A DNA stretch of 64,000 bases. Origin: Omnitrophica WOR_2 bacterium RIFOXYA2_FULL_38_17 (GTDB lineage: Bacteria; Omnitrophota; Gorgyraeia; Zapsychrales; Zapsychraceae). Under the pieces are notes generated by a model, which was not told where the DNA came from, did not search any database, and saw only the letters and a program-made list of their open reading frames with translations. The DNA lies in the NCBI GenBank assembly GCA_001805965.1, contig MHHG01000053.1:1512-65511 (forward strand), read 5' to 3'. Both the position numbers and the translations under genes were made by a program. Shown in pieces: positions 9,706-21,036 of the stretch (its first letter is position 1; the number at the start of each line of letters is the position of its first letter).

Positions 9706-11136
9706 CTATTTCTTTCTCAGAATTTTTAATAGCAACTTTATTAATGGATTGTCCATCTTTTCTAATAATGGCTTTGCTGCAGTCTTTTTGACAAGCTCTG
9801 ACAATGTAGGATAGATGTACATGACCCGCGTCAATTTAGTAACAGGGATCTTAAGTGACTTTGCTATCAGGAATCCCTGAATCACCTCACCGGCATTGGC
9901 TCCCGCTATATGCGCTCCTAATAATATTCCTTTATTATCAGTAATAATCTTTACAAACCCTTGCTTCTCAATATCTGTAACAGACCTGTCAGAACCAGTA
10001 TACTCATTTGTATAAACTTTATATTTCTTGCCTGACCTAACAACCTCTTCCTCAGTCTGACCTAAATGGGCGATCTCCGGATCTGTAAATGTAGCCCATG
10101 CAACATTTGAATAATCAACTTTAGACCAGGCTACTCGTTTAAATAATGCATTACGCACGCTCACAGATGCCTGATAAGCCGCAACATGACTGAATTTATA
10201 TCTGCTTGCAATATCCCCGCATGCAAATATATTTGGGTTTGTCGTCTGCAGATAATCATTAACTTCCAAACCAGCTTGATCATACTTTACTTCTGCATTT
10301 TCAAGCGCTAGACCTTCTAAATTTGGCACACGTCCAGTAGCTACCAAAACCCTCTCTGCCTCTATTTCCTGTTTACTGCCGTCACTTGATTCTAAAGTTA
10401 CAACAACCCCTTTTTCAGTTTTTTTGAACTTTACCGTTTTTTTCCCAGTAAGTATTTTCACCCCTTCCTTCTTAAGGCTCTCTTCTAAAACCTTAACAAC
10501 ATCAACATCATCCCTTGGCAAGACCCCTTTGCTTCTTTTTACGATTGTCACATCTACTCCCAGCCTATTCATAGCCTGTGACAGCTCAAGCCCGACAGGA
10601 CCGCCTCCAAGAACTATCATACTTTTAGGAAGCGCCTCTAGTTCAAAAATGTTTTCATTGGTCAAATAATCTATTTCCCCCAAACCTTCTATGGGAGGAA
10701 TATCCGGACGCGAACCAGTACATAAAATATATTTTTTACCAGTTAAAATCTCATGATTTACTTTTATTGAGGTCTTATCTACAAATGCAGGAGGGCCAAT
10801 TATTATGTCTATTCCCCTTTTTTCGAAGACCTCGTGGGGATGATGTGTAGCAATTTCATCAACTATCCCACGAACATGACTCATAACCTTATTGGCATCA
10901 ACATCAACATTGTTTTTAAACTTGAGGCCGTACTTTGGAAGATTGTTTATATACCTATAAACTTGTGCAGATTTTAATAGTGCTTTTGAAGGGACACATC
11001 CAAACCATGTGCAATCTCCCCCCAATCTTGTTTTCTCAACGATACATGTTCTGGCTCCCAAGGCATTTGCAACACTTGCGGCAAACAATCCTCCAGCGCC
11101 TCCACCAATTACCACAACATCATATTGTTTGCTCAT
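9706..11136 (-). CDS. Class-I pyridine nucleotide-disulfide oxidoreductase (MerA/Lpd-like, no MerA C-terminal CC)
   Basis: GGGAGG FAD motif, GGDCTWFGCVPSK redox pair, YPTLSE. Start moved to ATG 11136 (MSKQYD), which follows a G-rich SD. Confidence 0.88.
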   Translation of the reverse strand: MSKQYDVVVIGGGAGGLFAASVANALGARTCIVEKTRLGGDCTWFGCVPSKALLKSAQVYRYINNLPKYGLKFKNNVDVDANKVMSHVRGIVDEIATHHPHEVFEKRGIDIIIGPPAFVDKTSIKVNHEILTGKKYILCTGSRPDIPPIEGLGEIDYLTNENIFELEALPKSMIVLGGGPVGLELSQAMNRLGVDVTIVKRSKGVLPRDDVDVVKVLEESLKKEGVKILTGKKTVKFKKTEKGVVVTLESSDGSKQEIEAERVLVATGRVPNLEGLALENAEVKYDQAGLEVNDYLQTTNPNIFACGDIASRYKFSHVAAYQASVSVRNALFKRVAWSKVDYSNVAWATFTDPEIAHLGQTEEEVVRSGKKYKVYTNEYTGSDRSVTDIEKQGFVKIITDNKGILLGAHIAGANAGEVIQGFLIAKSLKIPVTKLTRVMYIYPTLSELVKKTAAKPLLEKMDNPLIKLLLKILRKK

Positions 11137-11187
11137 GATACCCCCCCAATATGAATTGTATTCTTCCATCATAAACAACTTATTATT

Positions 11188-11643
11188 TTATATTGCTGCC
11201 GCCACATCCTCTTGGACAACATAAATGTCATTACCTTCAATTTTAAGTTTAATTTCAGGTAATTTTGATTTTTCCGGAGCCGGCCTTGTCAAGGCTTCTC
11301 CTGTTAAAGTGTCAAATTTTGCGCCATGCCATTTACAAACCAATTTGTCATTAGATAGCGTCGTAGGCCCACCTTTATGAGTACATATATTCTCAAAAGC
11401 CCTGTATTCTCCATCGTTGTAAAGAAGTATCGATTGTTTGCCTTTATAAACAAACGGTATGGCCTTTTTTTCTGCTAATACCGCAATAGATGATATAAGC
11501 CTGGTTTCATCAACTTGAATTTCTTTATTATCTTGAGCAAAGGTAAACGGAGTTAATTTCCCGCACGCAGTAAGCGTGATAATTGCTGCAGTTGATTTAA
11601 AACACTTTGACAAAAATGCTCTTCTATTGATTTTTTCAGTCAT
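11188..11643 (-). CDS. Rieske 2Fe-2S protein with Tat signal (possible lipoprotein)
   Basis: NRRAFL twin-arginine motif, LTAC lipobox-like, CTHKG...CKWHGAKFD. Confidence 0.85.
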   Translation of the reverse strand: MTEKINRRAFLSKCFKSTAAIITLTACGKLTPFTFAQDNKEIQVDETRLISSIAVLAEKKAIPFVYKGKQSILLYNDGEYRAFENICTHKGGPTTLSNDKLVCKWHGAKFDTLTGEALTRPAPEKSKLPEIKLKIEGNDIYVVQEDVAAAI

Positions 11644-11693
11644 TTACCCCTCCTTGATAATTAAATGATTTTCTACACAAATACAAACACTAT

Positions 11694-12362
11694 TCATCTG
11701 CTATTTTTATAAAGGCCCTTTAATTTAACCAATGGAACACCTAATACAAAGCCAACAGATACAAGCCAATTTATTAATGTTGTTCTTATTACCCCCTGCT
11801 TTTCCCATCTACGGGCTGAAACAAAAACCTTATTTTTCAATATGCAGCTTTTGCCCATTTTCTTAAGTGCTTTGGAAAATTTAACATCTTCAAATATATC
11901 CACTTGTTCAAACATGCCCAAAGCAAAAAAAACATCCCTTTTAACAAATATCGCTTGATCCCCATAAAATATCTTTAAAAGAGCTGCGCGTATATTCCCG
12001 GAGGTTTCAATAATGCGGTAGATTAATTTAGGTGATGCGATCTTGTGGGTCAAACAACCACCAAGGATGCCATTTGAAAGACACTTGTCTACTGCTTGAA
12101 GACTTCCCTTGTCCAAAAGACAATCCGCATGAAGAAATATTAATTTATCCCCTGTTGCGGCCTTTGCTCCAAGATTCATTTGAACTGCACGGTTCGCCTG
12201 AGACTCGATCAATTTATAACTGAACTTTCTGACAATTTCACGAGTCCTATCAGTACTGCCTCCATCAACAACGATCACCTCAGTCTCTTCATCAGAAAAT
12301 TGAGACAAAGCATTTTCAATTGTATCCTCTTCATTAAAAACTGGAATTATCACAGATGTCAT
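11694..12362 (-). CDS. GT2 glycosyltransferase, TIGR04283-type (ArsS-associated)
   Basis: SVIIPVFNEE, VVDGGSTD, RAVQMNLGA, FLHAD, YGDQAIF, SARRW. Confidence 0.88.
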   Translation of the reverse strand: MTSVIIPVFNEEDTIENALSQFSDEETEVIVVDGGSTDRTREIVRKFSYKLIESQANRAVQMNLGAKAATGDKLIFLHADCLLDKGSLQAVDKCLSNGILGGCLTHKIASPKLIYRIIETSGNIRAALLKIFYGDQAIFVKRDVFFALGMFEQVDIFEDVKFSKALKKMGKSCILKNKVFVSARRWEKQGVIRTTLINWLVSVGFVLGVPLVKLKGLYKNSR

Positions 12363-12541
12363 TTATTCCCACTAAGCTCTTTTTTAAAATATTCATAGCA
12401 TTGACGACATAAACCATCCTTTTCTACCCACTTTGGATGTTTTATTTTTATCAGTTCAATAATATGTTCTTCCACGTGTTTAGAATATGGAAGAACCCCG
12501 CCTGAGATAATTTTTTGGCACAAATCACATTTGTATTCCAT
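12359..12541 (-). CDS. Small putative metal-binding protein (CxxC...H...CxxC)
   Basis: 60 aa; ATGA overlap with the next gene; SD upstream; CDLC and CRQC. Confidence 0.65.
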   Translation of the reverse strand: MEYKCDLCQKIISGGVLPYSKHVEEHIIELIKIKHPKWVEKDGLCRQCYEYFKKELSGNK

Positions 12542-12553
12542 TTCAATTTCCTT

Positions 12554-13096
12554 TTATATGCTAAGAGCCTCAACTTTAGGAAAATCAATTGGTGTCTTAG
12601 CAATGTGATTAACATAATTTGTAAAAAGATTCAATCCAACAAAGCCAATTACCTCTAACAATGCACCCTTGCTATATCCGGCAGAAATAAATGCATCAAT
12701 GTTTCCTTCAGAAGGATTGCCATTTGTTGCAACAATATTCCTTGTCAGGTCTAAAAGAGCCTCAACCCTGCTATCTGTACTATCGCCTTTACGATTTCTC
12801 AAGATCTCTTCCTGTGATATTCCAAGCGATTTGCTGACAGCAGAATGTGCAGCCAAGCAATAATCACATTTATTTTGCTGAGCTACAGCCAAAGCAATAG
12901 CCTCCTGCTCATTTGATGTAAGTTCTCCCTTGGAAAGCGTTTCTTTGAAAGATAAGAATGCTTCTAATGTAGATGGCGAGTATGCCATTATCGCGAAAAT
13001 GTTAGGGATCTTGCCAAATTTTTTCTTTATTGATTCCAATGAATGCTTTGATTTTTCAGGGGCTTGCTCAAGTGATAAAACCTGTATTGCTTCCAT
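12554..13096 (-). CDS. AhpD/carboxymuconolactone decarboxylase-family peroxidase-related protein
   Basis: EAIALAVAQQNKCDYCLAAH; TNYVNH...IDFP. Confidence 0.88.
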   Translation of the reverse strand: MEAIQVLSLEQAPEKSKHSLESIKKKFGKIPNIFAIMAYSPSTLEAFLSFKETLSKGELTSNEQEAIALAVAQQNKCDYCLAAHSAVSKSLGISQEEILRNRKGDSTDSRVEALLDLTRNIVATNGNPSEGNIDAFISAGYSKGALLEVIGFVGLNLFTNYVNHIAKTPIDFPKVEALSI

Positions 13097-13359
13097 GATT
13101 AACTCTCCTTTTAATTGCTGGTTATTCTCGGTGGAGGATTCTAAGCATTTACTGAAAACATACGCTATTAATTTATAAATGTTACTTTGACGATATTACA
13201 ATGGTAAAGAAATAGCAAGAGAATTCACAAACCAATAAAAATTAATTATATTCTCAAAAATTAGCTAACCCAAAAGCTATGACACTAACAATGTGTCATT
13301 GCAGAGCAATAAAAAATAGCAGACTTTTTCAGCATTGAAAATAGCTGCCACTTAAGTGT

Positions 13360-14286
13360 TTATTCTCCAAACAGCCAAGTTGACAGATATCTTTCGCCAG
13401 AATCAGGCAAAAGAGCAACAATTGTTTTCCCTTTTGATTCAGGACGTTTTGCAACTTCCATAGCAGCCCACATTGCAGCACCGCTTGAGATCCCAACAAG
13501 CATGCCTTCCTGTTTCGCAAGAAGCCCTGCTATTTCACCTGCATCCGTATGTGCAACCTTTATGACCTCATCAATAACATCCATGTTAATAACACCTGGT
13601 ACAAACCCTGCTCCAATTCCCTGTATTTTATGTGCTCCTGGAGCACCCCCAGAAAGAACAGCTGACTCAACCGGTTCAAGAGCAATAATCTTAACCTTAG
13701 GATTCTTTTTCTTCAAGACTTCTCCAATACCTGTTATAGTTCCCCCTGTGCCAACACCGGCAATAAATATATCAACTTTACCATCCGTATCATCCCATAT
13801 CTCTTGAGCCGTTGTCTTTCTATGGATTTCAGGATTAGCCGGATTATTGAATTGCTGCGGCACAAAACTGTTCTTGATCGTCTTTGAGAGCTCATCTGCC
13901 TTATCAACAGCACCTTTCATACCCTTTGCACCTTCAGTTAAAACCACCTCAGCACCAAGAACTTTTAACAACTGCCTTCTCTCCATGCTCATCGTATCAG
14001 GCATTGTAAGAATCAATTTATAACCCTTTGCAGCTGCAACAAAAGCCAGAGCTATACCCGTGTTGCCACTTGTAGGTTCAATAACAACAGTATCCTTATC
14101 TATCAAACCATCTCTCTCAGCAGCCTCGATCAAGGCAACTCCAAGCCTGTCTTTAACACTTGACAGTGGATTGAATGATTCTAATTTAACTAAAATAGTC
14201 GCATCCAGATCCTTTGCAAGTTTATTGATCCTTACCAACGGAGTCCTGCCGATCGTTTTTGTTATATCGTCATAGATATGCGACAT
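13360..14286 (-). CDS. cysK: Cysteine synthase A
   Basis: NPLSSVKDR (PLP Lys), [31 protein letters not shown]. Confidence 0.96.
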   Translation of the reverse strand: MSHIYDDITKTIGRTPLVRINKLAKDLDATILVKLESFNPLSSVKDRLGVALIEAAERDGLIDKDTVVIEPTSGNTGIALAFVAAAKGYKLILTMPDTMSMERRQLLKVLGAEVVLTEGAKGMKGAVDKADELSKTIKNSFVPQQFNNPANPEIHRKTTAQEIWDDTDGKVDIFIAGVGTGGTITGIGEVLKKKNPKVKIIALEPVESAVLSGGAPGAHKIQGIGAGFVPGVINMDVIDEVIKVAHTDAGEIAGLLAKQEGMLVGISSGAAMWAAMEVAKRPESKGKTIVALLPDSGERYLSTWLFGE

Positions 14287-14295
14287 TTTGCCCTC

Positions 14296-15615
<1,320 letters not shown>

Positions 15616-15673
15616 CTATTACCCATTTCCATGGGTTAATCAGCATTTTTAAAATAGATTAAAATACATTTTT

Positions 15674-16111
15674 TTATATTGAATAAGCTGGCAGATTCTG
15701 TTTACTCTTGAACTTTTCTACCATATCAGCAAAATTGGTTGACTCCAATGTTTGTGTTATCTTTTCTGATATATCCACCCATATATCTCTTGAAACACAA
15801 GTCTCTGATCTGCTGCAACAATCAGAGTTATCAACACAATCAACAATACACATAGATCCCTCAAGAACATATATAACATCCTTCAAAGATATCTGTTTGG
15901 GATTTTTAGCAAGTTCATATCCACCGCTTGCGCCTCTGGTTGACTTTATTAAACCTGCATTTTTTAGTGGAGCAATTAACTGCCACAGATATTTTTCCGT
16001 TATTTCTGTTCTTTTAGCAATATCTTTTAATAGTATTGGCCCTCTTCCATAATGAACGGAAAGATCCATTACTAATCTTGTTCCATATCTTCCTCTTGTT
16101 GATAACTTCAT
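15674..16111 (-). CDS. Rrf2-family regulator (CymR/IscR-like)
   Basis: MKLSTRGRYG, STRGASGGY, C-terminal Cys cluster; heads the metY-cysK operon. Confidence 0.92.
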   Translation of the reverse strand: MKLSTRGRYGTRLVMDLSVHYGRGPILLKDIAKRTEITEKYLWQLIAPLKNAGLIKSTRGASGGYELAKNPKQISLKDVIYVLEGSMCIVDCVDNSDCCSRSETCVSRDIWVDISEKITQTLESTNFADMVEKFKSKQNLPAYSI

Positions 16112-16137
16112 TCAATCCACCTCCAGCTATGACTACT

Positions 16138-16187
16138 ATGTCTATTGCTTTAGTAGAGATTGTGCCATAAAAAATCATTTTTGTCAA
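16138..16187 (-). promoter_or_regulatory. Promoter of the Rrf2-metY-cysK operon with an overlapping palindromic operator
   Basis: TTGACA (16187-16182), 17 nt, then TG-g-CACAAT. Imperfect palindrome ATGTCTATT-gcttt-AGTAGAGAT (16138-16160) covers the -10/+1 region. Confidence 0.65.
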
Positions 16188-16201
16188 TACCCTTTTCGAT
16201 T

Positions 16202-16903
16202 TTAATCAATCCCCTTCAAATTAGATAATATAATTCTCATAAAATCATTATTTAAAACTGCATTATGGCAACCAGAATTGATACCTTCAAAATGTTGAAT
16301 ATATGGCCCTGAATCGATCTTGCCCGAATACTGTTCAAGCAGTCTTTTTATATTCTCTTGCTTAAATTCAAAATGGAACTGAAAACCAATTACTTTATCA
16401 CAGTTATAAGAGAATGCCTGGTTATAACAGGCGTCACTTTGTGCCAAATGGACAGCATCAGCAGGAATTTCAAAAGTATCCTGATGCCAATGGAAAGCAG
16501 TAACCTGTTTTGGAATACCTTTCAAAATTGAGGATTCTTTTATGTTTTTAAAACGAACTAGGAACCAACCGATTTCCTTATCTTTACATTGAAATACTTT
16601 AGCTCCTAATGCGTCAGCTATAAGCTGGGCTCCAAGACAAATACCTAAGACCTTTTTCCCTTCTTTTATTGCTTTCTTAATAAATTGCTTTTCCTGTTTA
16701 AGCCATGGATATTTATCCTCCTCATAAATATTCATAGGCCCTCCCAAAACAATAAGCCAATCAATATCATCTATATCCGGCAAAGATTCGTTTTTATAGA
16801 AAACTGTACGAGTTATATTAAAACCATTGTCATGTGCCCAATCTTGTATAACACCTAGATCTTCAAACCAAATATGTTGAAAAACATGCAACCGCAAGAT
16901 CAA
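16202..16903 (-). CDS. Type 1 glutamine amidotransferase-like protein
   Basis: LGGPMN, LGICLGAQL, WHQDTF, FQFHFE. Confidence 0.9.
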   Translation of the reverse strand: MILRLHVFQHIWFEDLGVIQDWAHDNGFNITRTVFYKNESLPDIDDIDWLIVLGGPMNIYEEDKYPWLKQEKQFIKKAIKEGKKVLGICLGAQLIADALGAKVFQCKDKEIGWFLVRFKNIKESSILKGIPKQVTAFHWHQDTFEIPADAVHLAQSDACYNQAFSYNCDKVIGFQFHFEFKQENIKRLLEQYSGKIDSGPYIQHFEGINSGCHNAVLNNDFMRIILSNLKGID

Positions 16904-17727
16904 ACTATTCCTCCCTGAATTCCAACGGTATATTCCTTAAGGACAATATTCTTTCCTGAAGCCTTTAATGCCTGCTCTGTCAATGATAAAGCTCCATAGC
17001 AGCAAGGTACTTCCATTTTAGCTACAGTTATTGACTTGATATTATTGTCACGAATAATAGCCGTTAATTTTTCAACATACATATCCATTGTAGTATCAAG
17101 CTTCGGGCAAAACATTACAAGCGCTTTTCCCTTCAAAAACCTTCTGTGAAAATCTCCAAAGGCAAAAGCCGTACAATCGGCTGCAACCAAGAGGTCCGCA
17201 TCAGCAAAATATGGCGCATGAGGATTAACAAGGTGAAGCTGTGTTGGCCATTGCCTTAATTCTGACTGAACAGCTCCCGTGGACGACTGTGCTTTTGCAG
17301 GAGAATCTTCTTTTCTAAAGTCCCTCATCATCGTTCCCGGACATCCGCATGCCATTGGTTTATCTGAAATATTTACTTCAGGTTCCTCTATATTGTTGTC
17401 CTTCATATATTCCTCCGCTATCTTAAGATAATCATCTTGATCATGTTCTTTTAAATGTTTAAGGTGTGCCGCTAAAACTGCTGGACCTGATCTGACAATA
17501 TTCCCCATTACTTTCTTCTCGTCATAAGCCTCAGCATCCCTCTCTTCAATAAGTATCGCACCTTCAGGACAATTGCCGATACAAGCTCCAAGTCCATCAC
17601 ACAATAGCTCTCCTACCAGGCGCGCTTTACCATCAATAACCTTAAGCGCCCCTTCTGGACAATTGGGGACACACAAACCGCAGCCCGTGCATTTATTCTC
17701 GTCAATTTTAATAATTTGTCTTTTCAT
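16900..17727 (-). CDS. 4Fe-4S dicluster protein with conserved C-terminal Cys domain
   Basis: CTGCGLCVPNCP, CDGLGACIGNCP, GCPG, WPTQL, AADC, CPKLD, MEVPCC. Confidence 0.88.
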   Translation of the reverse strand: MKRQIIKIDENKCTGCGLCVPNCPEGALKVIDGKARLVGELLCDGLGACIGNCPEGAILIEERDAEAYDEKKVMGNIVRSGPAVLAAHLKHLKEHDQDDYLKIAEEYMKDNNIEEPEVNISDKPMACGCPGTMMRDFRKEDSPAKAQSSTGAVQSELRQWPTQLHLVNPHAPYFADADLLVAADCTAFAFGDFHRRFLKGKALVMFCPKLDTTMDMYVEKLTAIIRDNNIKSITVAKMEVPCCYGALSLTEQALKASGKNIVLKEYTVGIQGGIV

Positions 17728-17760
17728 TATACCCTCTCTTTGTGAATTTACTTTTTTTAA

Positions 17761-17788
17761 ATGATACCATGCCTGTATCCTTTGTCAA
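17761..17788 (-). promoter_or_regulatory. sigma70-type promoter
   Basis: TTGACA (17788-17783), 16 nt, then TG-g-TATCAT upstream of the Fe-S gene. Confidence 0.55.
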
Positions 17789-17885
17789 GAATTTTTATAC
17801 TTAAGTTTTGACAATTTTCCTCTTTTATTTATTGATATTTAATTTTGATTGATAGGCAAAAACACTTACAATGAGCAACAAAGAT

Positions 17886-18446
17886 TTATTTATCCAATTC
17901 CTGCAATTCACTTACTACAAATTGCCCCGCATGCAACGGAAGAGCATAACCGGCTTGAGACGCTTGCCTTTTTAATCTATCAGCTTCATCTATAAGAACA
18001 AATGATCTATATTCAAGACCATCCTCTTTTGAAACAAATATATCTTCTAATTCCTCACCAACCTTGGCATCTTCAGATTCAATTAACGCAGCCTTATCTT
18101 CCTCCTGCCACTTTCCTTTTACACGAATAATTTTCCCGACATGATCGCTAAGCAATTTATTAACATTATCGTCAACCACACCTAAGATCAAACTCTCAAT
18201 ATCCGACCCACCGCAATCCGATTTTTCTCCGCTTTTTATCTTAGCTATCTGCTTTTTATCAGTACACAGCTTATAATAGCTTCCACCAACATTATAAAAC
18301 GACTTTTTGACACTTCCCCACTTCTTCAGCAACAACAGGCCCTCATGGACTTCCTGTGCATATACATTCAAGGTTGACATTAAAAACATATAGGATATAG
18401 CTAAAATTAATTTCGTTTTCATATTATTCTCCTTTTTTCTTTGCAC
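17886..18446 (-). CDS. Hypothetical exported protein
   Basis: Signal peptide (MKTKLILAIS...VYA); probable start ATG ~18422 after GGAG; no family recognised. Confidence 0.65.
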   Translation of the reverse strand: MQRKKENNMKTKLILAISYMFLMSTLNVYAQEVHEGLLLLKKWGSVKKSFYNVGGSYYKLCTDKKQIAKIKSGEKSDCGGSDIESLILGVVDDNVNKLLSDHVGKIIRVKGKWQEEDKAALIESEDAKVGEELEDIFVSKEDGLEYRSFVLIDEADRLKRQASQAGYALPLHAGQFVVSELQELDK

Positions 18447-18574
18447 AATTAAGGATATCTTGACGAAAGAAACTAATTCTAAACTATAAATACACCTATT
18501 AAATTTTTTGTCAACAATTATACTTCTGCGTTATTTCATTTGGCGTATCCTGATTTTCATACAAAAAATACACA

Positions 18575-18624
18575 AAATAAAAAGGGACAGACACTTTTAG
18601 GAAAAAAATGTCTGTCCCTGTTTT
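18575..18624 (-). terminator. Rho-independent terminator downstream of pfk
   Basis: GGGACAGACA (18584-18593) / TGTCTGTCCC (18609-18618) stem, with T-tracts on both sides. Confidence 0.8.
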
Positions 18625-18639
18625 ATTTTTACCAGCTAT

Positions 18640-19980
18640 TTATTGCGAGCTATAACATGCATGCTCAACTTCAGTTGTGATCTCCCTGACTATCTGCCAA
18701 AGAGCACCATCAACATCAACCTGCTTGCGCTTATTGAGAGCGACTTTTAAAGGGACATGAATGAACTGATGATTCCAATATCCAACGAACATATCCGTCT
18801 TCCCAGCCATCCCTGCATGAACTGCATTTTGTGCAAGCATAAGACAAAATATTGAGTCATCTGCATTTGCAGGGCAGCTGCGGATCGTATAGCTCGGATC
18901 AATATATTTGATGCTGAATTCCATCTTCTCTTTTTTAAGATATTCTTTTATCTGCTCTCGCAGAAATATCCCTATATCAGAATGCAGCACGTTCCCCGAT
19001 TCATCTTTCTTTAAAACACCATTCTTACTAATAAGATTCTGACCGGCACCTTCAGCTATAACAATAACTGCATGCCCCCTCTTGCCAAGCCTTTTCTTTA
19101 ACTTAGCTAAAAATCCGTTTTCTCCTTCAAGGGCAAAAGGATATTCAGGAATAAAACAAAAATTCACATCGCTGTCTGCCAATGTCGACCTTGCAGCAAT
19201 AAAGCCTGAATCCCTTCCCATAAGTTTCACCAATCCTATTCCATTCCAGGCTGCTTTAGCTTCCTCGTGGGCAGAATATATTGACTCACGCGCTTTTTCA
19301 ACAGCAGTTGAAAAACCAAATGTCTTTTCACAACAGTAAATATCATTGTCAATAGTTTTTGGAACGCCAATAACTGCAATATCTAGCTTGCGCTTTTTTA
19401 TTTCCTGAACAATTGCATGCGCTCCTTTAAATGTCCCATCTCCTCCAATAGCAAATAATATTTTTACATCATTTCTAAGAAGAGTATCTACAATATCCTT
19501 AGGATCTTGAGGGCCTCTTGAACTTCCCAGTATAGTCCCCCCTTCATTTTGAATACCTTCAACTACTTCAGGAGTCATGTCCATAGGTTTTATTCTTGCA
19601 TTTGATGACAATCCTTCATACCCATACCTGAATCCCAGAACAGTCTTAACGCCATATTGCCATTTTAAAGAAAGGACAATCGTTCTAATAACATCATTGA
19701 GCCCGGGGCACAGACCTCCACAGGTAACAATTCCACAAGTCAAGTTGCATGGTCCAAAGAATAGATCCTTTCTTGGGCCTGCAGCTTCAAACATAGGAGG
19801 CTCTTCCTTAGACCCAAAAAACCGGGCAGCTTCCCTTTTTGTAGCATAAACAAGTATCTTATCTTCATCAGAAACATAATGATTTGGTGATTTTTTCAAT
19901 GTAGTCGGCACATTGCATTTACCTAAAGAGTCAACTCTTAGGTCCTGAAGTTCTTTAATATCCGGCATTTTCGAATCCAT
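18640..19980 (-). CDS. pfkA: 6-phosphofructokinase, group X-type (predicted ATP-dependent)
   Basis: TCGGLCPGLN, GGTILGSSRG, IGGDGT, PKTIDND, KLMGRDSGFIA, YIDPSY. Confidence 0.92.
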   Translation of the reverse strand: MDSKMPDIKELQDLRVDSLGKCNVPTTLKKSPNHYVSDEDKILVYATKREAARFFGSKEEPPMFEAAGPRKDLFFGPCNLTCGIVTCGGLCPGLNDVIRTIVLSLKWQYGVKTVLGFRYGYEGLSSNARIKPMDMTPEVVEGIQNEGGTILGSSRGPQDPKDIVDTLLRNDVKILFAIGGDGTFKGAHAIVQEIKKRKLDIAVIGVPKTIDNDIYCCEKTFGFSTAVEKARESIYSAHEEAKAAWNGIGLVKLMGRDSGFIAARSTLADSDVNFCFIPEYPFALEGENGFLAKLKKRLGKRGHAVIVIAEGAGQNLISKNGVLKKDESGNVLHSDIGIFLREQIKEYLKKEKMEFSIKYIDPSYTIRSCPANADDSIFCLMLAQNAVHAGMAGKTDMFVGYWNHQFIHVPLKVALNKRKQVDVDGALWQIVREITTEVEHACYSSQ

Positions 19981-20214
19981 AAACTACCTCCTTGGATTTA
20001 TTATTTCATTGGAATGATAATCAAAATCTGCTCAACTGCCTTTCTTGGCAATTAAAGTATTTATAATTAATAATACCAAATTTTCTGCAAAGACGTACTA
20101 ATTAAATTTAAAAATAGGCGCCATCAGAATTCCATTTAAATATTGCCTGTTCATATGCCATAGATATGCATAGAACTAATATGATATAAATCCAAATTTG
20201 GGCTCAAAAAAATA

Positions 20215-20997
20215 TTATATTGATATGGCTTGACCATCATGAGAGAATCTTTCTCCATATGACAATTTGCTTGCTGCAGGATTATCGAGAAGGAACAATA
20301 GCTCCCCGTTCCTAGGGGCCACTTTTGTTGCAGGCAAAAAACTGTTTTCTTCTTTTTCTTCAATAACCTTCTTAATTATCTCAGCTTTCTTATTTCCAGT
20401 AACCAAAACAACAACATGCCTTGCATTATTAATAACAGCTAAAGTCATGCTCATCCTTTTTGTATCTAAATATTCAGGCTGCGAAAATGTTACCAGATCA
20501 TCAATTTCATGCACTTCTTTTCCCCATGGAAATAAAGAAGCAACATGCCCATCATCTCCAATTCCCAGCAAGACAAAATCAAAGGAAGGAACACATCTAT
20601 CTTCCAGTTCAAAGAATTGCCTGATATGGTTTTCATAAAGCTCGCAAGAAAGGTTAATATCGCTGTTGTATGTCCCCATAGGATGGATATTTTCGTCAGG
20701 AATGCTTATATAATCAAGGATATTCTTTCTTATCATCCCCAAATTACTTCTTGGATCGTCATATGGGACATATCTTTCATCTGTAAGGAATATATGTGTC
20801 TTCTGCCAGATATCAAAATCATTTATTCCAGATAATCTGCAATAGAACTCAACTGGCGTTTTACCGCCGGAAAGGGCTGCAACAAAACGATTATTCTTTG
20901 ATATTGATTCATTTGCTATTTCTTTCCATTTTTTAATAAGAAAGTTGGTCAATTGAAATGAATCCTGAAAAATAAGAGTTTTTCTTTTTGGGAACAT
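20215..20997 (-). CDS. pgl: 6-phosphogluconolactonase
   Basis: ALSGGKTP, DERYVP..DPRSN, LLGIGDDGHVASLFP. Confidence 0.92.
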   Translation of the reverse strand: MFPKRKTLIFQDSFQLTNFLIKKWKEIANESISKNNRFVAALSGGKTPVEFYCRLSGINDFDIWQKTHIFLTDERYVPYDDPRSNLGMIRKNILDYISIPDENIHPMGTYNSDINLSCELYENHIRQFFELEDRCVPSFDFVLLGIGDDGHVASLFPWGKEVHEIDDLVTFSQPEYLDTKRMSMTLAVINNARHVVVLVTGNKKAEIIKKVIEEKEENSFLPATKVAPRNGELLFLLDNPAASKLSYGERFSHDGQAISI

Positions 20998-21036
20998 AAT
21001 TATTAATTCTGGAACTAAATTAATAAGACAACATGC

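Noticed and set aside
9706-11178. Mercuric reductase (merA) call
   Set aside because: No C-terminal Cys-Cys pair, no NmerA domain and no mer genes nearby.
13279-13299. Inverted repeat ATGACAC...GTGTCAT downstream of cysK
   Set aside because: Short stem with no adjacent U-tract; cannot distinguish terminator, operator or chance.
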